Virus record (IMG/VR): IMGVR_UViG_3300037067_011569
Span: 1 to 64,000 of that record
DNA from: a virus
Lineage: Duplodnaviria > Caudoviricetes
Length of the DNA: 64,000 bases
Strand: one strand, 5' to 3'
The translations under genes and the position numbers were made by a program. Shown piece after piece: positions 37,996-47,369 of this stretch (the stretch's first letter is position 1; each line of letters opens with the position of its first letter). The notes beneath the pieces are model-generated. The model saw nothing but the letters and a program-made list of their open reading frames with translations. It searched no databases and was not told the DNA's origin.

Positions 37996-40062
37996 TTATT
38001 CTCCTAAGAGATTTTGAATTGCTTTTTTTACTTTCACTGGATGAATAGTATTAATACAAGGTGTCATACAGGGATTTTTATCTTGCTGTCCCCAACACCC
38101 TGAAGTAATAGGACAAACATCAAGTCTATCAGGTTCAAGTATTATTGATCTTGCTCCATGTTGCATTCTTGGTTGTGTAACTCTAGCAGGAGCAGGTCCA
38201 AATATTGCTACAGTGTTTATACCTAATGCACCTGCTAAGTGCATTGGAAATGAATCAACACATACTGCAATATCTGCCATTGACATCACCCATGCAGTTT
38301 CACGCCACGTAAGTTTCCCTCTCAAGTCCAACTCAGCAGAACGAACAGGCCAATCATTTTCACTGCCGATCTGAATCACAAACAATGCCAATCCTTTTAA
38401 AGCGATATCCAAGTGCTTGTACATTCTATACTGTGGTTGCCCACCTGTAGTATGCACAATACACATAGGTCTTGCTGTTGCTAATGTATCATCATCAAAA
38501 AATTCAGGTTTGGAAATAGTTATTGATATTTCATCAGGATCTACTTTGCAGAAGTATGGATACATACTGTACAAAGTAAAATCAAGGTTGTTCCAACCAC
38601 CGGGTAGAATCTTTTCTCCATGAGGATTATAGACAATATCATATTGACCAAATTTATTTTTATCCCATGATACAATCTTGTCTATATATTTATTCCCTTC
38701 AACAATATCCATGAATACTGGTTGTGTCATATAGTGAAGTGGAATATTAGGATGTCTTTCTTTTATACCCTTAAGGCATTGTGTTGTCATAAGAACATCA
38801 CCAGCAGAACTATGCTGTGCAAAAAGAATTGCATTTTCTTTACTTGCTACAGTTTCAATTGTGTTAGGAGCTAATTCAGATAATAAATTATTTATATCTG
38901 AAACACCACACAACCAGTTTTGAGCAGTCTTTATGTTGCTTCTACCAATCTCTTCTCTTATTTCTTTTGATTCGTATGACATATTCAACATAGCATCAGC
39001 TAAAGAATTAATATTACATGCTTTTGTCTCTATATGAGATTGGCCAAAAGCAGTCATGGAATGTAAATATGTTAATTCATCACATTCCACTAAGTACTTA
39101 TCATTCTCAAACAATTCTATATGGGCAGTGTTTTTTGATGCAATAACAGGCGTACCACAAAGCATTGCATTAAGAATTGTCCAACTCAAACCTTCTTGAA
39201 GTGAACAATTAACAAGACAATCAATACCATTATATATCTCAGCCATTTCAGACTCGGGTAATGTAAAATCTTGCTTATTAACAGATATTGACCCCGTTCT
39301 GATATCATAATCTTGTACTAAAGAATGTATGTTAAACACACCATTAAAATTGGTGTGTAAATAGATGTATGTATTATTATTATTTGGATTTACTATCTCA
39401 CCAAATACCTTAAGAAACCTAGGCAAATCTTTTCTTACTTGGTTCTTGCCTATAAACCCAAATATAAAAATATCATCATTTTCTTCACCACCTAAAATCT
39501 TTTTTCTTGCGGCGTTCCTTACTTCAGGTGAGTACTTTTTATATAGATCAGAATCGGCAAGTGGAGGTCTAAAGTAATGAAGATTTTTTACGACATCTTT
39601 CAGAGTATTATACCCATATTCACTGTACACACAAGGAACATCAAAGAAATTGAACCACTCACACCAATCAGTTCTTAACTTGAGTAAATCGTAAGGAAAT
39701 ATTCCAGACAATTTTATCTTAAACGCCGATCTTAAATCATCCAGTTGTCTAAAAATATAACCGTATCTCCAAATATCTAAACCCACAATTACCATCGCAT
39801 CATACTTAAACTTCTTTATCAATTCCACTATTTGAGAACCACCATAAACTTCATCATTATGTGGTGTAAAAGGAATTAATAAATAAGGAAGATTTATTGG
39901 AGTAGAAGCAATAACAAATTGAGATTTAGTAGGTACAGTAACACCGAAGCAGGTTATTTCGAATTTAGTATAATCAATGGTACTTAATAGGGAACGCATC
40001 ATATTCCCATTTCCTGTGAATGCGTAAGGATGATCTCCAACCAGTAAGATACGCTTCTTCAC
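37996..40062 (-). CDS. fused GT4 + GT9 (heptosyltransferase-like) glycosyltransferase
   Basis: N-half SLQEGLSWTILNAMLCGTPVI; C-half SAGDVLMT, VDSFPMHLAGALG..TVAIFGP; GTG start after GGAGG. Confidence 0.88.
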   Translation of the reverse strand: MKKRILLVGDHPYAFTGNGNMMRSLLSTIDYTKFEITCFGVTVPTKSQFVIASTPINLPYLLIPFTPHNDEVYGGSQIVELIKKFKYDAMVIVGLDIWRYGYIFRQLDDLRSAFKIKLSGIFPYDLLKLRTDWCEWFNFFDVPCVYSEYGYNTLKDVVKNLHYFRPPLADSDLYKKYSPEVRNAARKKILGGEENDDIFIFGFIGKNQVRKDLPRFLKVFGEIVNPNNNNTYIYLHTNFNGVFNIHSLVQDYDIRTGSISVNKQDFTLPESEMAEIYNGIDCLVNCSLQEGLSWTILNAMLCGTPVIASKNTAHIELFENDKYLVECDELTYLHSMTAFGQSHIETKACNINSLADAMLNMSYESKEIREEIGRSNIKTAQNWLCGVSDINNLLSELAPNTIETVASKENAILFAQHSSAGDVLMTTQCLKGIKERHPNIPLHYMTQPVFMDIVEGNKYIDKIVSWDKNKFGQYDIVYNPHGEKILPGGWNNLDFTLYSMYPYFCKVDPDEISITISKPEFFDDDTLATARPMCIVHTTGGQPQYRMYKHLDIALKGLALFVIQIGSENDWPVRSAELDLRGKLTWRETAWVMSMADIAVCVDSFPMHLAGALGINTVAIFGPAPARVTQPRMQHGARSIILEPDRLDVCPITSGCWGQQDKNPCMTPCINTIHPVKVKKAIQNLLGE

Positions 40063-40103
40063 CGGACATAACCTCCAAATTTTCTTCACCAAAAGGGGTG
40101 ATT

Positions 40104-40730
40104 TTATTGTCTAGTATCTTCCTCTACATTTACAACATCAATATTACTGTAAACCCTTTTCTTTACAGCAGTTACTTTGAAATACTCACCACTTGCAGGG
40201 GAGTATCTATCCATGATCCGAATGCCATAATTAGAAGGAAGATACAACTCGTTTTTTGCAATATTCAATTGTGCAAAATCTTGTTGATCCAACTCATTAC
40301 CAAAGAACGATTCAGTTAGTAATCCGTAAGCAGGTGTCTTTACTGAATTCCATACTGTCTCTCTATGGTATGTTTGTGTGAACTCCGTATCATCATCTGT
40401 GGAAAGAACTTCTCTTAAAATTTCCCCTGAAACATTTGCCTTATACAAAATAGAATCATATTTGTATATTTGTCCCTCTAGGTCCAGTCCTTGCTTATGC
40501 ATAACAAGATATTTGGAATTTAAAGAAGGAACAGATACAACATCCCCTGGTACTACTTGTGTATCGTAAGACAATTCCGTTTCAAGGAAAAATTCAAGAA
40601 TGAATGGTTTTGTGACTTGTTTATTTGGCTTATGTCTTAGATATTCACCCGAAATTGTAGTTGCCCGTAATATGGTAAACGGTGACCCGATTTCCACTAA
40701 TACTTCTTTGATATCAGGTCCGATTGACAA
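40104..40730 (-). CDS. head closure / head-tail adaptor (putative)
   Basis: Position after connector; beta-rich. Confidence 0.6.
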   Translation of the reverse strand: MSIGPDIKEVLVEIGSPFTILRATTISGEYLRHKPNKQVTKPFILEFFLETELSYDTQVVPGDVVSVPSLNSKYLVMHKQGLDLEGQIYKYDSILYKANVSGEILREVLSTDDDTEFTQTYHRETVWNSVKTPAYGLLTESFFGNELDQQDFAQLNIAKNELYLPSNYGIRIMDRYSPASGEYFKVTAVKKRVYSNIDVVNVEEDTRQ

Positions 40731-40734
40731 CTTT

Positions 40735-41190
40735 TTAATCCTCAGATGAAGGTGTGATTATTGTTGCATTAGCATAATCTTCACTGTAAGTTAAATCTCT
40801 ACCTGTATTCTTCTCATAAACAAAACCTGCATCCATCTTAACACCAAGAGTTCCACCAGCAGCGACATCATCTGGCATCATGCCACTGCTTTCTTTCTCC
40901 CAAGATTCATCCATTTGATCAATCAGTTTGTTGTAATGATCAAATCTGTGCTGAAGATTAATTCCATCGACTTTGAATTTATGGGCACTCTCAGTCCTGA
41001 GCATAAAATAAAGATGGCGAATAGTTCTATCCTTAATCCACTTTATTTTATAATCAGTTGTAACAGGGAAAGGCCAACCAGTTTCCATTGAAGCGGTTGA
41101 TACCGCATTAGTAAAGTCCGCATCCACAAATCTCGTGGAAAGACTTTTCAATTCTTGCTGGATTCTAGTTATTAGCTCCCCGCTAGTCAT
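40735..41190 (-). CDS. head-tail connector (putative)
   Basis: Position; helical; KVDGINLQ..FDHY. Confidence 0.6.
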   Translation of the reverse strand: MTSGELITRIQQELKSLSTRFVDADFTNAVSTASMETGWPFPVTTDYKIKWIKDRTIRHLYFMLRTESAHKFKVDGINLQHRFDHYNKLIDQMDESWEKESSGMMPDDVAAGGTLGVKMDAGFVYEKNTGRDLTYSEDYANATIITPSSED

Positions 41191-41513
41191 TATTTACGCC
41201 TTTTTATCGGTGAAGATTTCGAACTCACTTTCGGAATCTCTACTGCTTTTTCAACCTCTGGAATGATCACTTCCTTTGATTTTTCTTCTACAACTGCAAC
41301 AGACTCTTGTTTTACTTCCGCAACCACAGGAACAGATGGTTGGGGTACAGCTTGCTTGAATCTCACAAGTACTGTACCCCGATTTAGTGAATGTTCTTCC
41401 AAAACTTCTCTTGGTATGTTTGGAGCATAGTACACCATAGGAGTAAAAAGTTTACCCTGGGGACCAGCTTTTATCGAAACTAACAACCTTGCTTCGACAA
41501 TTTCTTTTTCCAT
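41190..41513 (-). CDS. hypothetical protein (low-complexity E/K/V/P tail)
   Basis: ORF in head operon. Confidence 0.65.
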   Translation of the reverse strand: MEKEIVEARLLVSIKAGPQGKLFTPMVYYAPNIPREVLEEHSLNRGTVLVRFKQAVPQPSVPVVAEVKQESVAVVEEKSKEVIIPEVEKAVEIPKVSSKSSPIKRRK

Positions 41514-41531
41514 TGTCGATTACCTTTCTTG

Positions 41532-42017
41532 TTAAGTGGTAGGTTCAACTTCTACAATGACACAAACATTCTGCATCTTTGTAGCAGGGGAAGTTTCACC
41601 ATAGTAGATAAGGTCCCAAGTAAGTATATCACCTTCAGCAAAAGTATTAGCTGATTGGTTAATGACTGCTGCCCTTACCCCTGTATCAGCAGCACTTGTG
41701 AAAGTGGTTTTATGCTCAGAAGCAGCACCTGACTTACCGTAGATTCTGGGTTTCGTAGTAAGACAAGTGGTTCCGTTGATCTTTACATCAACTTCCCCGC
41801 TGATAAAAACAGTGGTGTCCCGTCTACCGGACTGCAATGCAGCAATATTAATATCCACAATTCGTCCAGCGAAACGAGCTATTCCAAGAGGGATACCGAG
41901 TTTATTTATTGCAATCTCTCCTGAAACATTCCCAACAAAAGGAGGGAACACCTCATTTGCAACTTGCTGGGGGAAGTTGACCGGTAATGGAAAATACGGT
42001 CTTCTTTGATTAGGCAT
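41532..42017 (-). CDS. putative capsid-associated beta-sandwich protein
   Basis: Directly after MCP; beta-rich. Confidence 0.6.
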   Translation of the reverse strand: MPNQRRPYFPLPVNFPQQVANEVFPPFVGNVSGEIAINKLGIPLGIARFAGRIVDINIAALQSGRRDTTVFISGEVDVKINGTTCLTTKPRIYGKSGAASEHKTTFTSAADTGVRAAVINQSANTFAEGDILTWDLIYYGETSPATKMQNVCVIVEVEPTT

Positions 42018-42029
42018 TTAATCCCCCTT

Positions 42030-43265
42030 TTATTTTACAGTAAGAACGTAAACACCCTTAGGTCTGTAAAGAACAGGCAAACCCTTATTCTCTACCATCA
42101 CATAACGACCTTCAGGATCTTCAACGTCCCAAGACTTTACCTTCATTCCGTACGACCGAGCAAGACCAAAAGGTGCATTGTAATAACCAGCAATTTGATC
42201 CCCTTCAACAGTATTGCAATACATTGCAAACTTGCTTTCGGAGATAAACTTTTTGGTCATTGAAACGTAATCTTCACCCTTTACATAGCTTGCTACAGGT
42301 GCAGTATCAACAGTAACAGTGCCATTTTCAGCAGAAACAGCGGAGATTGTTGAATCTTCAGAAGTTCCTGCACTTACATCATGGAAAGTAAGCTCTGCAC
42401 CCACTTCAAAATCAGTTGCATCCTCAACATAAATAGTAACAGTTGAGTTGAGAGTAACAGCAGCAGTCAGGTAAGTCCTAATTTCGTACATTTCATCATA
42501 GACCAGCATATTCGGAATCTGAAAAAGATTCTGAAGTGCAGGAATAGGATTGGTGAGATACGCATTAAGACCAGGTTGACCAGCAAAACCAGAGTTGGCC
42601 ATGATCTGAAGAATCCCCTTGTCCTGCTGGAGAAGCTTCAAAACCTCAGAAGTAAAAATAGCGTGAGTAACCTGTGCAGCGGCTTTATTCTGAAGATACA
42701 ATCTTGCATCTGCAATGTCATCCACGATATCTCTATTGGTACCAGAATCCCACTTTCTGTCAGCGGCAAGGGTTACGAGGTGAGCAGAAGGAACACTGTA
42801 ATCAACAGATACCTTTACTTCACCACGACCCAGATACTCAAAAGAACCTTCAGTCATCATCTTGCAGAACATCCATTCTTTTCTGCGGTCACAACGATTC
42901 CTGAGGTTTTTGGTTTCCTGTGCAACCTTACGAGCAGCAGGCATATAAGTCTGACGACTACCTACCTGACGGAGATTGTTAAGAAAAACTTCATCAAAGA
43001 AGAGTTTTTCCTTCCAATAAGCGGCCATCGCTCTACCGGCCCCGTGACCAGTAAGACTTGTTTCTTTCGCAGGTGAACCGGGAGCAGCAAACGGAGTAAG
43101 TCCCCTGGTGCCCACAATGCTTTCCCATTCAATGCTATCAGATTCATTATTCTCTGAAGGAAAAGCAGTCATAAAATGAAGATTCGGTGGTGTCATATAA
43201 CTTTCAATAGTCTTCTTCAACACCACTAGCCTGAGATCAGCAATATCAGAAGCGCCTTTAGGCAT
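42030..43265 (-). CDS. major capsid protein (lambda gpE-like) with ~80-aa insertion
   Basis: GLTPFAAPGSP, RRKEWM, VDYSVP, DRKWD...DIVDDI, PVLYRP. Confidence 0.88.
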   Translation of the reverse strand: MPKGASDIADLRLVVLKKTIESYMTPPNLHFMTAFPSENNESDSIEWESIVGTRGLTPFAAPGSPAKETSLTGHGAGRAMAAYWKEKLFFDEVFLNNLRQVGSRQTYMPAARKVAQETKNLRNRCDRRKEWMFCKMMTEGSFEYLGRGEVKVSVDYSVPSAHLVTLAADRKWDSGTNRDIVDDIADARLYLQNKAAAQVTHAIFTSEVLKLLQQDKGILQIMANSGFAGQPGLNAYLTNPIPALQNLFQIPNMLVYDEMYEIRTYLTAAVTLNSTVTIYVEDATDFEVGAELTFHDVSAGTSEDSTISAVSAENGTVTVDTAPVASYVKGEDYVSMTKKFISESKFAMYCNTVEGDQIAGYYNAPFGLARSYGMKVKSWDVEDPEGRYVMVENKGLPVLYRPKGVYVLTVK

Positions 43266-43287
43266 ATTATTTCACCTCCTCCCTCAA

Positions 43288-43995
43288 TTATTTAAGGATC
43301 AAGTATTGACCATCTTGTTCAGCACCATTACCAAGATCGGTAACAGCGGCACTGTCGATGTTTTCAAGCATACCATAATGAAGAATTGCATTGGTTACAA
43401 TTCTTACACCATGTCCACCCTTTGCATTTGCCCCAACACCAGTATCAACAGCAAATTCAAGAATGCCTGCCGCCTTACTGTAGGTATTTGCATTCTCAGT
43501 ATCAATACAAATGTGTGCTTTATTAGCGGCGGTATGACTAACAGAAATAGTACCTGTTACTGTTATTGCCGCACGGGACTTATCAGTTGTTACATCAATA
43601 GCACTGATAGTCAACTGGTAAGGAGTGCCACCAGCAGAATCAAGTACTATAACATCATCAACTGCAAACTTATAGGAATCATCTATAGTGGTGTAAAGAG
43701 TCTGACCCGTGCCAGAATCAGCTACAAGATAAGCTCTTGCACCATGCCATGAAATAGCAACATCAGAGGCAAGATTAGGATTAGGATTGTAAGGAGCCCA
43801 ATAACCTGCTCTATCACCCGCCTGAATCTTACCAATGACTGTGCCTTGAGGAATTACACCAAACCCAGGTACAAGCTGAAGATCAAGAGTAAGTGCCAAT
43901 TCGCGCTTACTCCTGTACAATCGCTTATAGTCTTGTCCATCCTGGGTGTAAATATAAGGAGTATCTCCCTGATGGGTAACCAACGATCCTGCCAT
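43288..43995 (-). CDS. head decoration protein (gpD-like) with insertion
   Basis: G.GVIPQGTVIG, A.GILEFAVD; position before MCP. Confidence 0.75.
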   Translation of the reverse strand: MAGSLVTHQGDTPYIYTQDGQDYKRLYRSKRELALTLDLQLVPGFGVIPQGTVIGKIQAGDRAGYWAPYNPNPNLASDVAISWHGARAYLVADSGTGQTLYTTIDDSYKFAVDDVIVLDSAGGTPYQLTISAIDVTTDKSRAAITVTGTISVSHTAANKAHICIDTENANTYSKAAGILEFAVDTGVGANAKGGHGVRIVTNAILHYGMLENIDSAAVTDLGNGAEQDGQYLILK

Positions 43996-44021
43996 AATCT
44001 ACCACCTCTCTTTCTATTTTA

Positions 44022-45644
44022 TTATTTCGCCAGTTTCAAGTTTCTTTTGACAATAACATCTTCCTCAGCGGTAAGATCACGATCTTGATCATTAAGATCA
44101 ATATCTTCACCATCTACTTCTTTGGAAGCAGTACCGAACCCAAGAACCGAAGACTGAGTAGTTGTAAAACTACCTTCCCAATCCTTGATCTTTTCGTCAA
44201 TTGCTGCTGAGAAGCCTGCTACATCAAGAACACATTCCTTAATATAATCATCTGCCTTTACAATGGCTTTCAGATCATCATGTCGCCTTGAAGGAATGTT
44301 GCTCTTTGTGAGTTTCTTAGTCCAGATAGAGTCAACAGTAGCAGTAAGCTCTCTTTCAGAACGAAGGATATCTTTCTCCTTCAGCTTGGAATTTTCTGCT
44401 TTGAGCATCTTATTATCATCCTCAATAGCATCCAAGCGGTCCTTCAGAGAGTTGAACTGTTGATCGGAAGAAGATTTAGCTTCTTCCAGTATCTGCTGGA
44501 CAAGTTCAGGATGATTTGCTTTCAACTCTTTCAAATCCATAGTTTTATTACCTCCTTCTTTTTCGGTATGTGTTTCTGAAACACTTAGCTGAGAACTTGT
44601 GAGATTAATTACTTCCACAGTGAAGCTTGCACTTGCAGAATTATTATCTGCCTTCCTTGTTGAATCAATTCTACTCCTCAACCTTTCCATTGCTACTTCT
44701 CTTGTACCTATATGATCAATTAGCCCTATATCCCTAGCCTGAGCACCAATGAATATTTTTCCTTCTGCCATCTTCATTGTATCCTCAGACGATGCCCCTC
44801 TATTACTAGCCACATCATCAACAAATATCTTGTAGTAAGTATCCAACATGTCTTGAATATACGACTTTCCTTCTTCACTAAGTGGTTCATCGGAATTGGC
44901 GAGTCTTTTGTACTTACCTGAATAAATGTGAGTCTTTTTAACTCCCATTTCTTCATTTCGTCTACTATAATCATTGTGTACAGCAGCAACACCAATTGAA
45001 CCTGCTTGTGACAGATCGGTTCCTACTATCTCAGATGCAGCAGAACTAACCCAATAAGCAGCAGAGGCGATAAGTCCATCTGTAAAAGCAACAATAGGTT
45101 TAATATCTCTTGCTTCTTTTACATAATCTGCAAGCTCTTTTGTTCCCTCTACAGCACCACCGGGTGAATCAACATCAAGGAATATGCCTTTAACATCAGG
45201 ATCTTCTATTGCCGCTTGAATATGTGTTCTAAGTAGTTGTGTGGAAGTGCCCCCACTAAACTCTGAAAACATATTCATTCTTTTGCTCATTACACCATAA
45301 ATAGGAATAGTAGCAATTCCATTATCAAGTGTGTAATGGTCATTTGCTCTATACCCACTTCTACCTTCCCTATATGCTTCTATATCAGCTAGTTTGGTAG
45401 TAGTGTATCTTTCCACCAATAGTGCATTTATTTCTTCAAGTTTCTCAGGTACAATAGCACAAGGGGTATTTTGAAAGGTGTCGAGAATAATACTCCCTGT
45501 ACTTTTCTCTTTCTTGTTCTGTTCCCACTTAGATTCACAGATAGCTCTAGCTTGATCAGGTTTGTATCCCTCTTTGTTGATCAAATCAGAGGTACATCTG
45601 TTGATATAATCCTGTTTCTTTTCGCCCTTATTCGGTGTAGGCAT
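44022..45644 (-). CDS. S49 (SppA-like) prohead protease fused to scaffold
   Basis: DVDSPGG, ASAAYW, GSIGV, SGKYK; C-terminal coiled coil. Confidence 0.92.
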   Translation of the reverse strand: MPTPNKGEKKQDYINRCTSDLINKEGYKPDQARAICESKWEQNKKEKSTGSIILDTFQNTPCAIVPEKLEEINALLVERYTTTKLADIEAYREGRSGYRANDHYTLDNGIATIPIYGVMSKRMNMFSEFSGGTSTQLLRTHIQAAIEDPDVKGIFLDVDSPGGAVEGTKELADYVKEARDIKPIVAFTDGLIASAAYWVSSAASEIVGTDLSQAGSIGVAAVHNDYSRRNEEMGVKKTHIYSGKYKRLANSDEPLSEEGKSYIQDMLDTYYKIFVDDVASNRGASSEDTMKMAEGKIFIGAQARDIGLIDHIGTREVAMERLRSRIDSTRKADNNSASASFTVEVINLTSSQLSVSETHTEKEGGNKTMDLKELKANHPELVQQILEEAKSSSDQQFNSLKDRLDAIEDDNKMLKAENSKLKEKDILRSERELTATVDSIWTKKLTKSNIPSRRHDDLKAIVKADDYIKECVLDVAGFSAAIDEKIKDWEGSFTTTQSSVLGFGTASKEVDGEDIDLNDQDRDLTAEEDVIVKRNLKLAK

Positions 45645-47265
45645 CGTCTTCTACCTCAGTCTTTACAGGTTTAGCAGGCTTTGCTGGTTGCTTACGTTTT
45701 ATTGGAGTAGGTGCATTTGGATTTGCTGGCTTCTCCAATTTCTTTTCCTGCATCGACTCTTGTTCTATGGTAGTCAGTAATTCAGGATAATGAATCTTTT
45801 CAGTTTCGCAGACAAGTCTTTCCTTATAGTAATTCTGGATACCCATTTTCTTAGCAATAGTTCTATTACTAATACCAAGAGTCTCATTTGTACTGCCGTG
45901 TTTTACGCCAAGCCATGCTCTAGCTTTAGCTTCAGCATCAGCAGTTTCAGACGTTGGGTATGAAATCTCTATAAGGTCTTCTGGTTTCTTTTGTACTTTC
46001 TCTTTCTTAGGTTTCTTTCCGTTGAAGCCAATCACTTCTTCAATTGAGAAAGTTTTAGGAAAATCAGCCATTGCTGATCTAAGAAAGAAAATAGGCTTCC
46101 AGAAATCATATCTGGCGAATCTATCGTGATACGCTATTTCATCTGCGGTTCTATCGCTCATAGGACCACGACTAGCTTTAACACTAGCAAATGTGCCTTT
46201 AGATTGTCCGGTTGACACATCTTCAGGTTCGTTAAGTCCACTCGTAATCATATGAAGGATATCAGTATCAGACTCAGTTATGTTTGGAAGTTTAGGATTT
46301 ATTGCTTCAAGTTTTATGCCAGGTGGAAGAAACAATCTACTACCAGGTGTATATTTACCACCCAATCCTGTATTTTGTTTCTCCGCATCAGTCATGGCAA
46401 GAAACAACCTATAAGACTTCCAATCTTCAAACTGTGCAACCCATAAAAAAGCCCCTGCTGACTTCTTGTGGTCAACTTCATAAAATTTCAGTTGTTCATA
46501 TATATTGAGCCATCTAAGAACTGTTCTCAAATGGGAAGTGTTTCTTTTGGCAAGTAATGATTTATCCCAATGAGTTATGAACCTGAAGTTGCCACCAAGT
46601 TTACTGAAAGCAGACTTTGGGGATTTGGAAAACTTCAACTGATCCCAATTGAAATTAGGACTTTTGGATGCATAATTTATTAATTTTGGATCATATGCCA
46701 CATAAATAGAAGGTATTTGAACTGAATCGTTTGTATTCTCCATCTTCACTGTATAAACAAGAGGCATCGAAGATTTCAGAGGGTGATAAATAACTCCGTC
46801 TTCATCACCACCTGTTACTGTACTCGGATCAATAAAGTCTACTTCTACAAATCCATCTTCATGTACAGTGAAACAGTTAAACAACTCCCCTTCTATGTAA
46901 CTCCTGCCTATGTACTTAGGCCAAGAGTCATACAAACGATTTCTGTAATCGTACCATTCTTCATCAATTACATCTTGTATTTCTTTTAACTCTGAAGTTA
47001 CCTCAAATCCTAAACCAGCAATTCTGCCAACTTGTCCCCTTATAGAAGTATTTACTTGTGGATTATCATGGAACTTTTGCCAACAAGCTTTTTGCAACTC
47101 TTCTCTATCCAGGCCGTCAAGATTCTTAGAGGAAGTAAGAATATCTTCCGGTTCTGCATAAGTATTAGTTGTTTTTGAAAACTGCCAAGGCGCCATAGTA
47201 GCTATTTTAAACATTAGCTCATCTGGTATTGCCTCTAGCTGCTTAAGTAGCTCTTCATCTGGCAA
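45628..47265 (-). CDS. portal protein
   Basis: After terL; IEGELF, FLPPGIKLE, SGLN.P; TTG start after AGGAG. Confidence 0.8.
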   Translation of the reverse strand: MPDEELLKQLEAIPDELMFKIATMAPWQFSKTTNTYAEPEDILTSSKNLDGLDREELQKACWQKFHDNPQVNTSIRGQVGRIAGLGFEVTSELKEIQDVIDEEWYDYRNRLYDSWPKYIGRSYIEGELFNCFTVHEDGFVEVDFIDPSTVTGGDEDGVIYHPLKSSMPLVYTVKMENTNDSVQIPSIYVAYDPKLINYASKSPNFNWDQLKFSKSPKSAFSKLGGNFRFITHWDKSLLAKRNTSHLRTVLRWLNIYEQLKFYEVDHKKSAGAFLWVAQFEDWKSYRLFLAMTDAEKQNTGLGGKYTPGSRLFLPPGIKLEAINPKLPNITESDTDILHMITSGLNEPEDVSTGQSKGTFASVKASRGPMSDRTADEIAYHDRFARYDFWKPIFFLRSAMADFPKTFSIEEVIGFNGKKPKKEKVQKKPEDLIEISYPTSETADAEAKARAWLGVKHGSTNETLGISNRTIAKKMGIQNYYKERLVCETEKIHYPELLTTIEQESMQEKKLEKPANPNAPTPIKRKQPAKPAKPVKTEVEDDAYTE

Positions 47266-47369
47266 TGTGAACTCCTGTTGACAAAATAGACAAATTGGAT
47301 TTCAATCTGAATCAGTAGGTGTTTTACATCAAAATGTCAAGGAAAAACCTTCAGAAGCAATAAGGTTTT

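Noticed and set aside
10217-45674. Many short + strand ORFs opposite the virion operon
   Set aside because: Antisense shadows of long - strand genes, with no RBS or recognisable motifs.
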